From assembly GCA_045613745.1 (NCBI GenBank), contig JAZLBP010000010.1, positions 87,136 through 151,135 of the forward strand: DNA of 64,000 bases, in the 5' to 3' direction. The first letter of the stretch is position 1, and each line of letters begins with the position of its first letter. The notes beneath the pieces are model-generated. The model saw only the letters and a list, made by a program, of their open reading frames with translations. It was not told the DNA's origin and did not search any database. This stretch comes from Rikenellaceae bacterium (GTDB lineage Bacteria > Bacteroidota > Bacteroidia > Bacteroidales > Rikenellaceae). The position numbers and the translations under genes are program-made. Shown one piece after another: positions 17,254 to 28,442 of the stretch.

Positions 17254-19041
17254 ATGAAAAATATACGCAATTTCTGCATCATCGCCCATATCGACCACGG
17301 CAAGAGTACACTCGCCGACCGTATGATTGAAAAGACTAACACTCTGTCGGAAAGAGAGTTGCAAAGCCAAGTATTGGATGATATGGACCTCGAACGTGAG
17401 AAAGGTATCACCATCAAGAGCCACGCCATCCAGATGGAGTACATCAAGGACGGACAAAAATATGTCCTCAACCTGATTGACACTCCTGGACACGTTGACT
17501 TTTCGTATGAGGTGTCGCGTGCCATCGCTTCGTGCGAGGGTGCGTTGCTGGTTGTGGACGCCACACAAGGTATTCAGGCACAAACCATCTCGAACCTCTA
17601 CTTGGCGCTGGAAAATGACCTCGAAATCATCCCCGTGCTCAACAAAATCGACGTTGACTCGGCAATGGTGGATGAGGTGAAGGACCAAATCGTCGATCTG
17701 ATTGGCTGCAACCCCGACGACATTCTGCTGGCAAGTGGTAAGACAGGTCAAGGCGTTATGGAGGTGTTGGACGCTATCGTGGAGCGCATCCCCGCCCCCA
17801 AAGGCGACGAGGAGGCACCCCTGCAAGCGCTGATTTTCGACTCGGTGTTCAACTCTTTCCGCGGTATCATCGCCTACTTCCGTGTGATGAACGGCACCCT
17901 GCGCAAAGGCGACAAGGTGAAGTTTGTCAACCTCGGAAACGAATACACAGCCGACGAAATCGGTGTGCTGAAACTCAAACTCAGCCCCCGCGACGAGGTG
18001 AAAGCTGGTGACGTAGGATACATCATTTCGGGTATCAAGAACTCGGCCGATGTGAAGGTGGGTGACACCATCACACACGTTGCACGCCCCTGCGACGAGG
18101 GTATCGACGGTTTCGAGAACGTGAAGCCTATGCTCTTTGCAGGTGTCTATCCCGTTGACACAAGCGAGTATGAGGACCTGCGTGCATCTATCGAAAAGCT
18201 GCAACTCAACGACGCATCGCTCACCTTTGAGCCCGAGAGCTCGCTGGCGCTGGGATTCGGTTTCCGTTGCGGTTTCTTGGGTCTGCTTCACCTGGACATT
18301 ATTCAGGAGCGTCTGTACCGCGAGTTCGATATGGACGTTATCACCACCGTACCCAACGTTTCGTATCGCGTGACCACAACCAAAGGCGAGGTCAGCGAGG
18401 TACACAACCCCTCGGGACTGCCCGAGCCCACGCTCATTCAGAAGATTGAAGAGCCCTACATTATGGCTCAAATCATCACCAAGTCGGACTATCTGGGTAG
18501 CGTAATCAAGCTGTGTATCGACCGTCGTGGCACTCTTCTGAACCAGACATTCCTCACCCAAGATCGTGTGGAGGTGAACTTCGAGATGCCGTTGAGCGAG
18601 ATTGTGTTTGACTTCTACGATAAGCTCAAAAGCCTCTCGCGTGGCTATGCGTCATTCGACTACCACACAACAGGTTACAAGGATAGCAAACTCGCGAAAC
18701 TCGATATTCTGCTCAATGGCGAGCCCGTGGATGCGCTCAGTTCGCTTATCTACTACGACCACGCCTACGACTTCGGTCGCCGTATGTGCGAGAAGCTCAA
18801 AGAGCTCATCCCGCGCCAACAGTTTGACGTAGCAATTCAGGCTGCCATCGGCTCGAAGATTATCGCTCGCGAGACCGTGAAGGCTGTGCGTAAGGACGTA
18901 ACCGCCAAGTGTTATGGTGGTGACATCAGCCGTAAACGCAAACTGCTGGAGAAACAGAAGAAAGGTAAGAAACGTATGCGCCAAATCGGTAACGTAGAGG
19001 TGCCTCAACAAGCGTTCCTTGCCGTGCTTAAAATGGATTAA
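17254..19041 (+). CDS. lepA: Elongation factor 4
   Basis: [28 protein letters not shown] and NKID GTPase motifs. The 595-aa length is typical for LepA. Confidence 0.95.
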   Translation: MKNIRNFCIIAHIDHGKSTLADRMIEKTNTLSERELQSQVLDDMDLEREKGITIKSHAIQMEYIKDGQKYVLNLIDTPGHVDFSYEVSRAIASCEGALLVVDATQGIQAQTISNLYLALENDLEIIPVLNKIDVDSAMVDEVKDQIVDLIGCNPDDILLASGKTGQGVMEVLDAIVERIPAPKGDEEAPLQALIFDSVFNSFRGIIAYFRVMNGTLRKGDKVKFVNLGNEYTADEIGVLKLKLSPRDEVKAGDVGYIISGIKNSADVKVGDTITHVARPCDEGIDGFENVKPMLFAGVYPVDTSEYEDLRASIEKLQLNDASLTFEPESSLALGFGFRCGFLGLLHLDIIQERLYREFDMDVITTVPNVSYRVTTTKGEVSEVHNPSGLPEPTLIQKIEEPYIMAQIITKSDYLGSVIKLCIDRRGTLLNQTFLTQDRVEVNFEMPLSEIVFDFYDKLKSLSRGYASFDYHTTGYKDSKLAKLDILLNGEPVDALSSLIYYDHAYDFGRRMCEKLKELIPRQQFDVAIQAAIGSKIIARETVKAVRKDVTAKCYGGDISRKRKLLEKQKKGKKRMRQIGNVEVPQQAFLAVLKMD

Positions 19042-19090
19042 TTCTACTGTACTTTTGGACGCCCAAAAAGCGGGCGCAAACCGCCAGATA

Positions 19091-19144
19091 AAAAGTCATC
19101 CCTACCTCGCTTGTGAGGTAGGGATGACTTTTTTATGAATATTT
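19091..19144. terminator. Terminator between lepA and rlmH
   Basis: AAAAGTCATCCCTACCTC-loop-GAGGTAGGGATGACTTTTTT. Confidence 0.7.
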
Positions 19145-19196
19145 ACCATTCTCATTCTGTTCTGCGACACCCAACAGCACAATAGAACTAAAAATA

Positions 19197-19320
19197 TAAA
19201 ACGCGCATAACAAGAGGAAATTCAAGGCGCGCGAGCGTGAGAAACCGCAGCATACTTGGGCGTATGTGAGGATTTTGAAGGCGAGCGCAACGCCGAAGTT
19301 GCCTTGTTAGGCGTGTTTTA
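19197..19320 (-). repeat. Structured ~120-nt 3'-UTR repeat, copy C (after rlmH)
   Basis: Outer arms TAAAACGCG/CGTGTTTTA. The right arm contains the rlmH stop codon (19318-19320). Confidence 0.8.
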
Positions 19321-19791
19321 CTCGTGGTGGTATGGTTCGCCGCGGAGAATGGTAAACGCGCGATAAAGTTGCTCTGTAAAGATGGGACGGATGATTTGGT
19401 GCGAGAAGGTCATTCGGCTGAGCGAGAGTTTCTCGGCGGCGCGGGCGTAAACCTCCTTCGAAAAGCCATAGGGGCCACCCACGATGAACACCACGCGCTT
19501 GACACCGCTGTTCATACGCTTCTGCATCCACGAGGCAAACTCCAACGATGTGGGTTGCGCACCCTTGTCGTCAAGCAACACAACATAGTCGTCGCCCGAA
19601 AGCTGACGCAAAATCATCTCGCCCTCGGCACGTTTCTGCGCATCCTCGCTCATATTCTTGGAGTTACGAATGTCGGGCAGCTCGGTCAGGGTAAACTTGA
19701 TGTAGCGCGAAATACGACCTGCGTACATTCGCGTCAACTCGGCCACCTGCGCAGAGTCAGTTTTGCCTACGACAAGAAAATCGATGCTCAT
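19318..19791 (-). CDS. rlmH: 23S rRNA (pseudouridine1915-N3)-methyltransferase
   Basis: 157 aa SPOUT protein ending GGPYGFS...LSLSRMTFSHQIIRPIFTEQLYRAFTILRGEPYHHE. Confidence 0.9.
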   Translation of the reverse strand: MSIDFLVVGKTDSAQVAELTRMYAGRISRYIKFTLTELPDIRNSKNMSEDAQKRAEGEMILRQLSGDDYVVLLDDKGAQPTSLEFASWMQKRMNSGVKRVVFIVGGPYGFSKEVYARAAEKLSLSRMTFSHQIIRPIFTEQLYRAFTILRGEPYHHE

Positions 19792-19794
19792 AAT

Positions 19795-21168
19795 CTATTC
19801 CAATACTTCGGGATTAGGCAACACAAGGTCGTTGTTCCACTCGCCCTCGGCAAAGCGATAGACCGCGGGACGAAGGGTATCCAATTCGTGGAGCAGTTGA
19901 TACGATTTGTAGAGGTTGTAGCCATTGCCACCGCCCGCTGCAAGACTCCACGCCACAACACACGAATGGTTGCGGGTGCGACGTTGCATTGCGAGGGTGC
20001 GATAGAGCACCTCGTCGAGATAGTCGGGGTTGTTGAGCACAGTGCCGTTGTGACGAGCGCGGCTGCCACCCTTGGCGTCGGCATTAATCGCGGGGCAGTC
20101 GATGACATACATGCCCACTTTGTCACACGCACGATAGAACGCAATCTGCGCAGGCATCGAAAGAACAATGGTGTTGTAACCCTTGCGTTTGAGTTGGCGC
20201 ACCTGCTCCTCCATCGGAATATTGTAGTTGGGAGCAAACTCCACAGCACGCATCTCAACGGGCTCGTCGTTACGCATAAGCACGCCCGACGCATTGGCTG
20301 TACGAGCAGTGTAAGTAGTTGTACCCCAGCCTACTGACCAAGGCACATACTCCGTAATGCTGCCATATTGTTTGATATACATTGTCAGCGCGTAGAGGTT
20401 GGGGTTCTCGGCGCTCCAAAGGTATTTGGCAGTCGAATAGATGATGTTGTGGAAACGTACGGTGTCGCGCTTGCCGGGAGCCATATCCAGCTCGCGCAGG
20501 TCGTAGGTTTTGAGTTTACCCTTGGGGTCGTAGATGTCGAAACCAACCGAGAGATGTTGGTCGGCACGCGACGAGTTACGCACCACGATATGCAAATCCA
20601 AAAGGCCGTGATTGGCGGTCGAATCGGGCGAGGTTTTGAGGTCGAAATCCTCGATATAAACCTTGGGTTGCGACATAATGTGGCAGTTGCCGCCCATAGC
20701 AAGCAGACCACCCTTGTACATAGCCTCAATGGGTTGCACAGCACCCGCCTCGCAAGCCTCAATTCGGATACTGTTTTGGCCGTCGATAAGGAAGGGCGAG
20801 ATGCACACCTCCGAAGGGGTATAGGCATCGGACGAACTACCCGCAAGGCGGTCATTTACAAAAAGTTGATAAGCACCCGCACCACCCTCGCTACGGAAGA
20901 ATACATTGCGGTCACCATAGGCATAAGGAGCGTAAAATCGCACCGCACACACGCCGTTTTGATTGGCGTCGGCAGGAATGCTATTGAAGTATTGCGAATT
21001 GATGATTGCGCCAGCGGCAGCGTCCTCGCGGAGCTCATAGCTAAAAAACTCTGTGCGCGGAGGTTGAACCGAAGGGTTGGCCACCTGCTGCGCAGAAGCT
21101 CCGTTATGGGTCGCGGCCATAAACAAAAAGGCCGTCGAAAGTATCAAAATAAGTCTTGTATGCGACAT
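19795..21168 (-). CDS. GH2-like (beta-galactosidase N-terminal half) secreted protein lacking catalytic residues
   Basis: Collinear with LacZ through ...[17 protein letters not shown]...LRPAVYRF, then stops. WSLGNE is replaced by WSLAAG. Start set at [27 protein letters not shown] (signal peptide). Confidence 0.7.
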   Translation of the reverse strand: MSHTRLILILSTAFLFMAATHNGASAQQVANPSVQPPRTEFFSYELREDAAAGAIINSQYFNSIPADANQNGVCAVRFYAPYAYGDRNVFFRSEGGAGAYQLFVNDRLAGSSSDAYTPSEVCISPFLIDGQNSIRIEACEAGAVQPIEAMYKGGLLAMGGNCHIMSQPKVYIEDFDLKTSPDSTANHGLLDLHIVVRNSSRADQHLSVGFDIYDPKGKLKTYDLRELDMAPGKRDTVRFHNIIYSTAKYLWSAENPNLYALTMYIKQYGSITEYVPWSVGWGTTTYTARTANASGVLMRNDEPVEMRAVEFAPNYNIPMEEQVRQLKRKGYNTIVLSMPAQIAFYRACDKVGMYVIDCPAINADAKGGSRARHNGTVLNNPDYLDEVLYRTLAMQRRTRNHSCVVAWSLAAGGGNGYNLYKSYQLLHELDTLRPAVYRFAEGEWNNDLVLPNPEVLE

Positions 21169-21297
21169 CTTGCTCGTATTTTGGGCAAATATACCGATAA
21201 AAAATGGGAGAAAGGTGATTTTTCTCAAAAAAAATTCGGATATTTGCGTTTTGTATTACCCCTTAGTGGCAAGAAAATTCTAAAAATTACAGATACT

Positions 21298-22695
21298 ATG
21301 CTCAATGCAGACAAAAGAAGAATCGCAGAGATACTCCGCTCCGAGGAGCGCAACTGCGATGTTACCGTAAAAGGTTGGGTACGCACCAAACGTGGTAACA
21401 AAAACGTGGCGTTCATCGCCCTGAACGACGGCTCGTGCGTAAGTAACATTCAAGTGGTTGTGGATGTAGCTCAATTTGACGAGGAGTTGCTCCGCCGCAT
21501 CACCACAGGCGCTTGCCTGCGCGTGGATGGCACTCTGGTCGAGAGTATGGGTTCGGGACAACCCGTCGAGGTTCAAGCCAAAGCTATCGAAATCTATGGC
21601 ACCGCTGACCCCGAGAGCTACCCCCTCCAAAAGAAAGGTCACTCGCTCGAATTCCTGCGAGAAATCGCCTACCTGCGCCCCCGCACCAACACCTTTGGTG
21701 CAATCCTGCGCATCCGCCACAATATGGCTTACGCAATCCACAAATACTTCAACGATCGTGGTTTCTACTATATGCACACCCCCATCATCACCGCTTCGGA
21801 CTGCGAGGGCGCGGGTGCAATGTTCCAAGTAACCACAATGGATATGAACAACCTGCCTCGTACCGAGGAGGGCGCTGTGGACTATTCGCAAGACTTCTTC
21901 GGCAAACCTTGCAGCATGACCGTATCGGGTCAGTTGGAGGGTGAGCTGGGCGCCTTGGCTCTGGGTCGCATCTACACCTTCGGCCCCACCTTCCGTGCCG
22001 AGAACTCCAACACTCCCCGCCACTTGGCAGAGTTCTGGATGATTGAGCCCGAGATGGCATTCTATGAGCTGGAGGACGATATGGAACTGGCCGAGGATTT
22101 CCTCAAATATCTGATCCGCTATGCTCTGGACAACTGCGCCGAGGATCTCGAATTTATGAACAAGATGTGGGACAACGGCCTTATCGAGCGTCTGAAATTC
22201 GTTGTTGACAACGATTTCGTTCGCCTGAACTACACCGAGGGTATCGAAATTCTCAAAGCAAGCGGTCGCAAATTTGAGTTCCCCTGCGAGTGGGGTTGCG
22301 ACCTGCAAAGCGAGCACGAGCGCTACCTGGTGGAGGAGCACTTCAAGAAGCCCGTTATCCTTATCAACTATCCCAAGGAGATTAAGGCTTTCTATATGAA
22401 ACAAAACGAAGACGGCAAGACCGTACGCGCAATGGACGTATTGTTCCCCAAAATCGGCGAGATTATCGGCGGTTCGGAGCGTGAGGCCGACTACGAGAAA
22501 CTCACCACTCGTGTTAAAGAGCTGGGTATGAGCGAGCGCGAGTTGTGGTGGTATCTCGACACCCGTCGTTGGGGTTCGGCTCCCCACAGCGGTTTTGGCT
22601 TGGGATTTGAGCGTTTGTTGCTCTTCGTTACCGGTATGGCCAACATCCGCGACGTGATTCCGTTCCCCCGTACTCCGGGCAACGCCGAATTCTAA
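21298..22695 (+). CDS. asnS: Asparagine--tRNA ligase
   Basis: Start at [13 protein letters not shown]... Class II aaRS motifs are present ([28 protein letters not shown]). The long N-terminal extension in the track is antisense to the GH2-like gene. Confidence 0.93.
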   Translation: MLNADKRRIAEILRSEERNCDVTVKGWVRTKRGNKNVAFIALNDGSCVSNIQVVVDVAQFDEELLRRITTGACLRVDGTLVESMGSGQPVEVQAKAIEIYGTADPESYPLQKKGHSLEFLREIAYLRPRTNTFGAILRIRHNMAYAIHKYFNDRGFYYMHTPIITASDCEGAGAMFQVTTMDMNNLPRTEEGAVDYSQDFFGKPCSMTVSGQLEGELGALALGRIYTFGPTFRAENSNTPRHLAEFWMIEPEMAFYELEDDMELAEDFLKYLIRYALDNCAEDLEFMNKMWDNGLIERLKFVVDNDFVRLNYTEGIEILKASGRKFEFPCEWGCDLQSEHERYLVEEHFKKPVILINYPKEIKAFYMKQNEDGKTVRAMDVLFPKIGEIIGGSEREADYEKLTTRVKELGMSERELWWYLDTRRWGSAPHSGFGLGFERLLLFVTGMANIRDVIPFPRTPGNAEF

Positions 22696-22875
22696 TAAGC
22701 GGGGCGCTCCACAAGGGGCGTTTCGGACTACTACTATCAGCAAATTATTTGGGGGCAGCAATTCCATATTGCACCCCCAATAATTATAAATAAACCAACA
22801 CCAGAAGCTTATTTGCGTGAAGACACTATAATTTTAATTAACATTACTTCGTTACTAAAACAAAAAGGTGTCATT

Positions 22876-24300
22876 ATGTCAAACATCGGTCAATTTCAGC
22901 AACAGCGTCTGTCGCAGAGTCTGTCGCCGCAGCAAATCCAAATGATAAAACTGCTGGAGCTGCCCGCCATTCAACTCGAACAGCGTGTCAAACAGGAAAT
23001 CGAAGAGAACCCCGTATTGGAGGACGAGCCCGCAATCAACGACGAACGCGGTGAGGAGTGCGAGCCCAAGGAGATTTCGGTCGAGGAGTATCTCAAAGAG
23101 GACGACACGCCGCACTACAAGATGCGCACAAACAACTACTCGAAGGATGACCCGCAGCGAAGTGTGCCCATCACGGGAGGACGTTCGTTGCAGGAGTATC
23201 TGGTCGAGCAGTTGGGTTATCGTGACCTGACCGAACGCCAAAGTGTCATTGCCGAATACATCGTGGGCAGTCTGGATGAGGATGGTTACCTGCGCCGAGA
23301 TATGCTGTCGCTGTCGGACGACTTGGCCTTCACACTGGGTATCGAGGCCTCGGAGGCGGAGTTGGAGGAGTTGCTGGCAGTGATTCAGGACTTGGAGCCC
23401 GCGGGCATTGGTGCGCGCAACCTGCAAGAGTGTCTGCGACTGCAACTCGACCAAGTGGAGATGACGAGCAAGGCGCGCCGCTTGGCACGCAAGATTGTGA
23501 CCAGCCACTTCGAGGACTTTTCGAAAAAACACTACGAAAAGCTACTCGCCCGTCTGGGTGTGGATGAGGAGTTGTTCCGCGATGCTATTGGCGAAATCAA
23601 AAAGCTGTCGCCCAAGCCGGGCAACCTCTATCTTGATGCAGGCTCGGATACTATTCCTTATATTATTCCCGACTTTGTATTGGACTACCGCGACGGAGAG
23701 TTTGAGTTGTCGCTCAGTTCGGCCTCTATTCCCGAAATCCGCGTAAACAAACGTTATGTCGAGATGATTCGCCAAATGGCGGGTCAGGGAGGAAGTGCCG
23801 ACCGCGAGGCGATGCAGTTTGTCAAAAACAAGTTGGACTCGGCCAAGTGGTTTATCTCGGCAATCAAACAGCGTCACGACACACTGCTGCGCACAATGAC
23901 CGAGATGCTGGACTACCAACGTGAATACTTCAAGGATGGCGACAAGAGCAAACTGCGTCCGATGATTCTCAAAGATATTGCCGACCGCACGGGGTTGGAT
24001 GTTTCGACCATTTCGAGGGTTGTCAACAGCAAGTATGTACAGACCCACTTTGGAATTCTGTCGCTCAAACAGCTCTTCTCGGAGGCTATGCAGACCAACG
24101 ACGGCACCGAGGTGTCGAGCTACGAAATCAAGCAGATTTTGGAGGAGTGCATCGATGCCGAGGACAAGCGCAAACCCCTGACCGACGAGACACTGATGGA
24201 GATTCTCAACGACAAGGGCTATCACATCGCGCGACGCACCGTAGCTAAGTATCGCGAAATGCTCGGAATCCCCGTAGCACGACTTCGAAAACAGATTTAA
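22876..24300 (+). CDS. rpoN: RNA polymerase sigma-54 factor
   Basis: The N-terminus QQQRLSQSLSPQQIQMIKLLELP (region I) and the C-terminal ARRTVAKYRE RpoN box. Confidence 0.93.
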   Translation: MSNIGQFQQQRLSQSLSPQQIQMIKLLELPAIQLEQRVKQEIEENPVLEDEPAINDERGEECEPKEISVEEYLKEDDTPHYKMRTNNYSKDDPQRSVPITGGRSLQEYLVEQLGYRDLTERQSVIAEYIVGSLDEDGYLRRDMLSLSDDLAFTLGIEASEAELEELLAVIQDLEPAGIGARNLQECLRLQLDQVEMTSKARRLARKIVTSHFEDFSKKHYEKLLARLGVDEELFRDAIGEIKKLSPKPGNLYLDAGSDTIPYIIPDFVLDYRDGEFELSLSSASIPEIRVNKRYVEMIRQMAGQGGSADREAMQFVKNKLDSAKWFISAIKQRHDTLLRTMTEMLDYQREYFKDGDKSKLRPMILKDIADRTGLDVSTISRVVNSKYVQTHFGILSLKQLFSEAMQTNDGTEVSSYEIKQILEECIDAEDKRKPLTDETLMEILNDKGYHIARRTVAKYREMLGIPVARLRKQI

Positions 24301-24328
24301 CAAACCTTCTAAAAACCTATAAACTACT

Positions 24329-24808
24329 ATGGATAGCAAGAAAAAATACATTTGGAGAGCCGTAAAATACTTCATCCGTCTGATGTTGTTGTTTGTCGTA
24401 CTGTTCGGCATTATGCTCGCTACGAACACCACCACTCTGTCGGCTGAAAACTTCTTTGCAGAGTTCTTCGGCTCGCAAAGGGGACAAATCTTCACCGCCA
24501 TCGTACTGATTTGGTGTATATTCTACCCTCGCGTGGAGTTTGTGGCTATGCCCATCGGCATCCGTCTGACAGACCACAAAAGCAGCATCAACGAGGCTAT
24601 GCAGTCGCTGGGTATGGCACTGGTCGAGGAGCGTGAGGATGCAATGGTGTTCCGCGCCACCAACAAATTGAGCCGCGCTTGGCAGATGTGGGAGGACGCT
24701 GTGGAGGTACGCACCTCGGCAAACGGCGGAATCGAGGTAGCAGGTTCGCGCAAGAACGTGTCGAACGCGCTGTTCAAAATCAAACTCTATGCAGAGCGTG
24801 AAGCGTAG
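24329..24808 (+). CDS. Hypothetical membrane protein
   Basis: 159 aa with two N-terminal TM segments. No family recognised. Confidence 0.55.
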   Translation: MDSKKKYIWRAVKYFIRLMLLFVVLFGIMLATNTTTLSAENFFAEFFGSQRGQIFTAIVLIWCIFYPRVEFVAMPIGIRLTDHKSSINEAMQSLGMALVEEREDAMVFRATNKLSRAWQMWEDAVEVRTSANGGIEVAGSRKNVSNALFKIKLYAEREA

Positions 24809-26453
24809 AACACTCAAAATAGCTGCCATTGCGGCAGCAGCCACTCTGTGTGTGGGATTCACATCGGTTGCGGTACGCGACGCCCGCCTCGGACGAAACA
24901 TCGAGGTGCTGGTGGGTATGTTCCGCGACCTGTCGCTATTTTATGTCGATGATGTGAACACCGACAAACTGCTCAAAGATGCCGCCAAAGGTATGGCTGC
25001 GTCGCTTGACCCCTACACCGAACTCTACACCACCGAGGGTGTCGAGGAGTTGGAGATGATGACCACAGGCAAGTATGGCGGTATCGGTTCGGTAATCCGT
25101 GCCGACAGCGACTATGTGCGCATTGCCGAGCCCTATCGTGGTTCGCCTGCCGACCGCGCAGGACTCCAAATCGGCGACAAAATCCTCAGCGTCGATGGCA
25201 AAGACTTGAAGGGCGCAACCACCCAAGAGGTGAGTTCGCGTCTGAAAGGCGAGCCCGGAACAACACTCCGACTGACCGTACGTAAGTTCCGCACGGGTGA
25301 GGTACAAAAACTCACCATCCGTCGCGAGCGCATCGCAATCCCCGCCCTGCCCTACTATGGTATGCTGGGCGACTCGCTGGGTTACATCCACCACAACGAC
25401 TTTACCGAGGGGTGTTCGGGTCAGATGCGCAAAGCCATCGAGGAACTTCGCAAGCAGGGAGCACGAGGCCTTATCCTCGACTACCGAGGCAACGGCGGAG
25501 GTATCGTTCAAGAGGCTATCAGCATACTCTCGATGTTCGTTCCGTCGGGCACCGAGGTGCTGGTTATGAAGGGCAAGGTTGAGGAGGCTGGCAAGGTATT
25601 CCGCACAACCGAGGAGCCCATTGCACGCACACTGCCGCTGGTAGTGCTGGTGGATAATTACACAGCATCGGCAGCCGAGATTGTGGCAGGTGCCATTCAA
25701 GACCTCGACCGAGGAGTGGTAGTGGGTCAGCGCACCTTTGGTAAGGGCTTGGTACAATCCACCCGTCCGCTGGGCTACGACTCATTCCTGAAACTCACCA
25801 CCGCAAAATACTACACTCCGAGCGGACGCTGCATCCAGTCGTTCGACTACTCGGACAAGGGTCGCAAGGGCGGCTCGCACATCCCCGACTCACTTATCAA
25901 CGAATTTAGCACCGCCGCAGGACGCAAAGTGTATGATGGCGGAGGTATCACACCCGATGTGGTGCTGACACCCGAGTACATCAACAAGTTCCCGATGATG
26001 CTCTATGCCACAGGCATTTTGGACGACTATGCCGACCTCTACACTCTCAAAAATGGTGTGGAGGGTATTGATATTGACTCTTTTGCACTCACCGACGCCG
26101 ACTACGACGACCTTGTTGCAATGGTTGGCAACCGCCCGCTGGACTATGAGTCCGAAACCCGCGCGGTAATCAAGGCTCTGCGCGAAGTCTCGACAGAGGA
26201 GGGTTACGCCGCTGAGATTACTACCGAGTTAGAGGCTTTGGAGCGTAAGGTGGCAAGCGACAACGAGACTCTGCTCCGTCGCCATCGCTCGCAAATCAGC
26301 GATATGATTGAGGAGTGCATCGTGTTGCGTGCGGCATACAGCGAGGGTGTGGCACGTCATAGTCTGCACAAGGACACCACTGTGGCCGAAGCTGCACGTC
26401 TGCTGTCGGACAGCGAGGCCTACGCCAAAATCCTGACCCCCCAAGCCGAATAA
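24789..26453 (+). CDS. S41-family C-terminal processing peptidase (PDZ-containing)
   Basis: GGIGSV...PADRAGLQIGDKILSVDG (PDZ), LDYRGNGGG and TASAAEIVAGA (S41 catalytic region). Confidence 0.88.
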   Translation: MQSVKRRTLKIAAIAAAATLCVGFTSVAVRDARLGRNIEVLVGMFRDLSLFYVDDVNTDKLLKDAAKGMAASLDPYTELYTTEGVEELEMMTTGKYGGIGSVIRADSDYVRIAEPYRGSPADRAGLQIGDKILSVDGKDLKGATTQEVSSRLKGEPGTTLRLTVRKFRTGEVQKLTIRRERIAIPALPYYGMLGDSLGYIHHNDFTEGCSGQMRKAIEELRKQGARGLILDYRGNGGGIVQEAISILSMFVPSGTEVLVMKGKVEEAGKVFRTTEEPIARTLPLVVLVDNYTASAAEIVAGAIQDLDRGVVVGQRTFGKGLVQSTRPLGYDSFLKLTTAKYYTPSGRCIQSFDYSDKGRKGGSHIPDSLINEFSTAAGRKVYDGGGITPDVVLTPEYINKFPMMLYATGILDDYADLYTLKNGVEGIDIDSFALTDADYDDLVAMVGNRPLDYESETRAVIKALREVSTEEGYAAEITTELEALERKVASDNETLLRRHRSQISDMIEECIVLRAAYSEGVARHSLHKDTTVAEAARLLSDSEAYAKILTPQAE

Positions 26454-26465
26454 AACTACCAGAAG

Positions 26466-27629
26466 ATGTTGGGACGTATATTAAATAAGGTGACGGCTAT
26501 GTTCCGCAACAGCGCATTTGTACTTGTACTGTGGGCCATTGTGAGCATTGTGAGTATGATCGCATCAAGCGTGATGGTGAATGTTTTGCGCCAAAAGGAG
26601 ACCTACTACGTTTCGTTGTGGAGCTACGCAATGGGACGCCTGGGTGTGTTCGACGAAAACGACCCGCTCATCACCGAGATAATGAAGCATAACACCATTC
26701 CGTTTGTGATTACCAACGAGCGCTTGCAGGTCAAATACTACCACCTTGTGCCCGACGCAATCATCGACCACCCCACCCGACTCCGCAATCTGATTGACAA
26801 CTATTCGGGCGACGGCAACACGATTATCATCCAGTCGTGGGACGGCGGCAAACACTATGTATTCTATGACGAGAGTCTGGTTTTGCGTATGCTAAAATAC
26901 TTCCCCATCGGTCAGATGTCGCTGTTTGTGATGTTGCTGCTGCTGGGCTATAATGTCTATCGCGTGTCGAACGACAGCCGTCAAAATCGCGTGTGGGTGG
27001 GACTTGCCAAGGAGACAGCCCACCAGCTCGGAACACCCATCTCGTCGCTGCTCGGATGGATTGAGTACCTGCGCTCGCAGGGTATCGACCCCGACGTGGT
27101 GGCCGAGATGAACAAGGATGTCACACACCTGCAAAAAATCACCGACCGTTTCTCGAAAATCGGCTCGCAAACCGAACTCACACCCGCCAACATCAACGAA
27201 CTTGTGGGCGAGAGTGTGATGTACTTCCGTCGCCGCATCCCGCGCAACGTGTCGCTGGACTACAACGGCTTGGCTATGGCTCCCGTGCAGGCGAATGTCA
27301 ACAGCGCGCTGTTTGAGTGGGTAATCGAAAACCTACTCAAAAACTCGCTCGACGCACTGCAAGGCAAGGGACGCATCGAGGTTGAAATCTCGGCCTCGCA
27401 AAACTGGATTAACATCGATGTGCGAGACACTGGCAAAGGTATGCCCAAGAGCAACTTCAAGAAGGTGTTTGAGCCCGGATTCTCGACCAAAACCCGCGGT
27501 TGGGGATTGGGTCTTTCGCTCAGCCGCCGCATTGTCGAGGACTACCACTCGGGAAAAATCTTTGTGCTCGAATCCGAAATCGGTAAGGGCACAACCTTCC
27601 GCGTACAACTCAAACGATACTATGCCTAA
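26466..27629 (+). CDS. Sensor histidine kinase (HisKA/HATPase_c)
   Basis: H-box AHQLGTPISSLLGW, the N/G boxes NLLKNSLDA and DTGKGM, and GWGLGL. Confidence 0.85.
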   Translation: MLGRILNKVTAMFRNSAFVLVLWAIVSIVSMIASSVMVNVLRQKETYYVSLWSYAMGRLGVFDENDPLITEIMKHNTIPFVITNERLQVKYYHLVPDAIIDHPTRLRNLIDNYSGDGNTIIIQSWDGGKHYVFYDESLVLRMLKYFPIGQMSLFVMLLLLGYNVYRVSNDSRQNRVWVGLAKETAHQLGTPISSLLGWIEYLRSQGIDPDVVAEMNKDVTHLQKITDRFSKIGSQTELTPANINELVGESVMYFRRRIPRNVSLDYNGLAMAPVQANVNSALFEWVIENLLKNSLDALQGKGRIEVEISASQNWINIDVRDTGKGMPKSNFKKVFEPGFSTKTRGWGLGLSLSRRIVEDYHSGKIFVLESEIGKGTTFRVQLKRYYA

Positions 27630-28429
27630 TGACCGACTCTCTGAAATATAACCTCGCAAGCCAGCTCGCAACGCAAGCCGATACGCTCACTCCCGCAACA
27701 AACATCGTGGAGTGTGCCGACAGCGTGTGGATTGGCGGCAGTGCTGTTGCCACCGAGGCTATACCTACGCTCCGCACATCGTTGGAGGTGTTGCTTGCCG
27801 ACCCTCTGATGCAGAGTGTACTGCTTGTGCTGACACTTACCTACCTGACCATTATGTGTCGCCGCTTTGGCGAGGCTATTGAGATGTCGTCGTGGCTATT
27901 CCTACCCTCGGCTACCACCGTATGCGAGGAGCACGCCGACCGAAGGATGGGTCTGTCGTGGCGATTGCTCGGACTCGCAACCCTGGGTTGCTTTGCCACA
28001 ATGCTGTTCTACAAGACCATTGACACAGAGCTGAATCTACGCTCGTGGGTGGTTATTGCGGCCATCATCGCAGGGGTTACTTTGGTGTGGGGAGCACAAG
28101 AGTTGATACTGAGTTTTTCGGGCGAGGCAGTGCTTCAACATCGCTTCACACGAACCCTGACCGCAGTACGTTGCTACACGGTCGAAATGGCAGGCGTATG
28201 GCTCACCCCGCTGGTGGTGGGATGTGCACTGAGTAGCGGCGCTATGTCGGTGATACTTTGGTGGATAGTTGTTGTAATAGGCTCTATATTAATTCTGGTT
28301 CACTTATTAAAAATTTTAAATTTATTTATGGGTGCAGGATTTTCAATTTTCTATTGGATTTTATACCTTTGCGCCGTCGAAATTTTTCCAACGAGCCTTG
28401 CAGTAGCTGTAACGCTCAGAATATTATAA
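27629..28429 (+). CDS. Polytopic membrane protein (DUF4271-like)
   Basis: 266 aa, about 6 TM segments. TAATG overlap with the kinase gene, and it lies upstream of a hemD-like gene, as I recall for DUF4271. The family name is from memory. Confidence 0.6.
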   Translation: MTDSLKYNLASQLATQADTLTPATNIVECADSVWIGGSAVATEAIPTLRTSLEVLLADPLMQSVLLVLTLTYLTIMCRRFGEAIEMSSWLFLPSATTVCEEHADRRMGLSWRLLGLATLGCFATMLFYKTIDTELNLRSWVVIAAIIAGVTLVWGAQELILSFSGEAVLQHRFTRTLTAVRCYTVEMAGVWLTPLVVGCALSSGAMSVILWWIVVVIGSILILVHLLKILNLFMGAGFSIFYWILYLCAVEIFPTSLAVAVTLRIL

Positions 28430-28442
28430 AGTTATAAGAAAA

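Noticed and set aside
17194-18561. Long antisense ORFs opposite recognisable genes. Examples: 876-2123, 2129-3313, 6002-6709, 7718-8377, 14428-15381, 17194-18561, 19324-20337, 21280-22767, 23542-24501, 24936-25757, 28590-29507, 32430-33497, 34014-35144, 36601-38025, 47860-49191, 49817-50890, 57364-59043, 59134-60282, 60604-61530 and 61071-62255.
   Set aside because: Each lies opposite a gene with clear family motifs. Their translations are low-complexity, Arg/Gly/Val/His-rich, with no motifs. They are the expected by-product of GC3-rich codon usage suppressing stop codons on the opposite strand.
20368-21297. A 310-codon N-terminal extension of asnS in the track ORF (20368-22695).
   Set aside because: It is antisense to the GH2-like gene. 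AsnRS homology begins at MLNADKRR (21298), which gives the normal length of about 465 aa.
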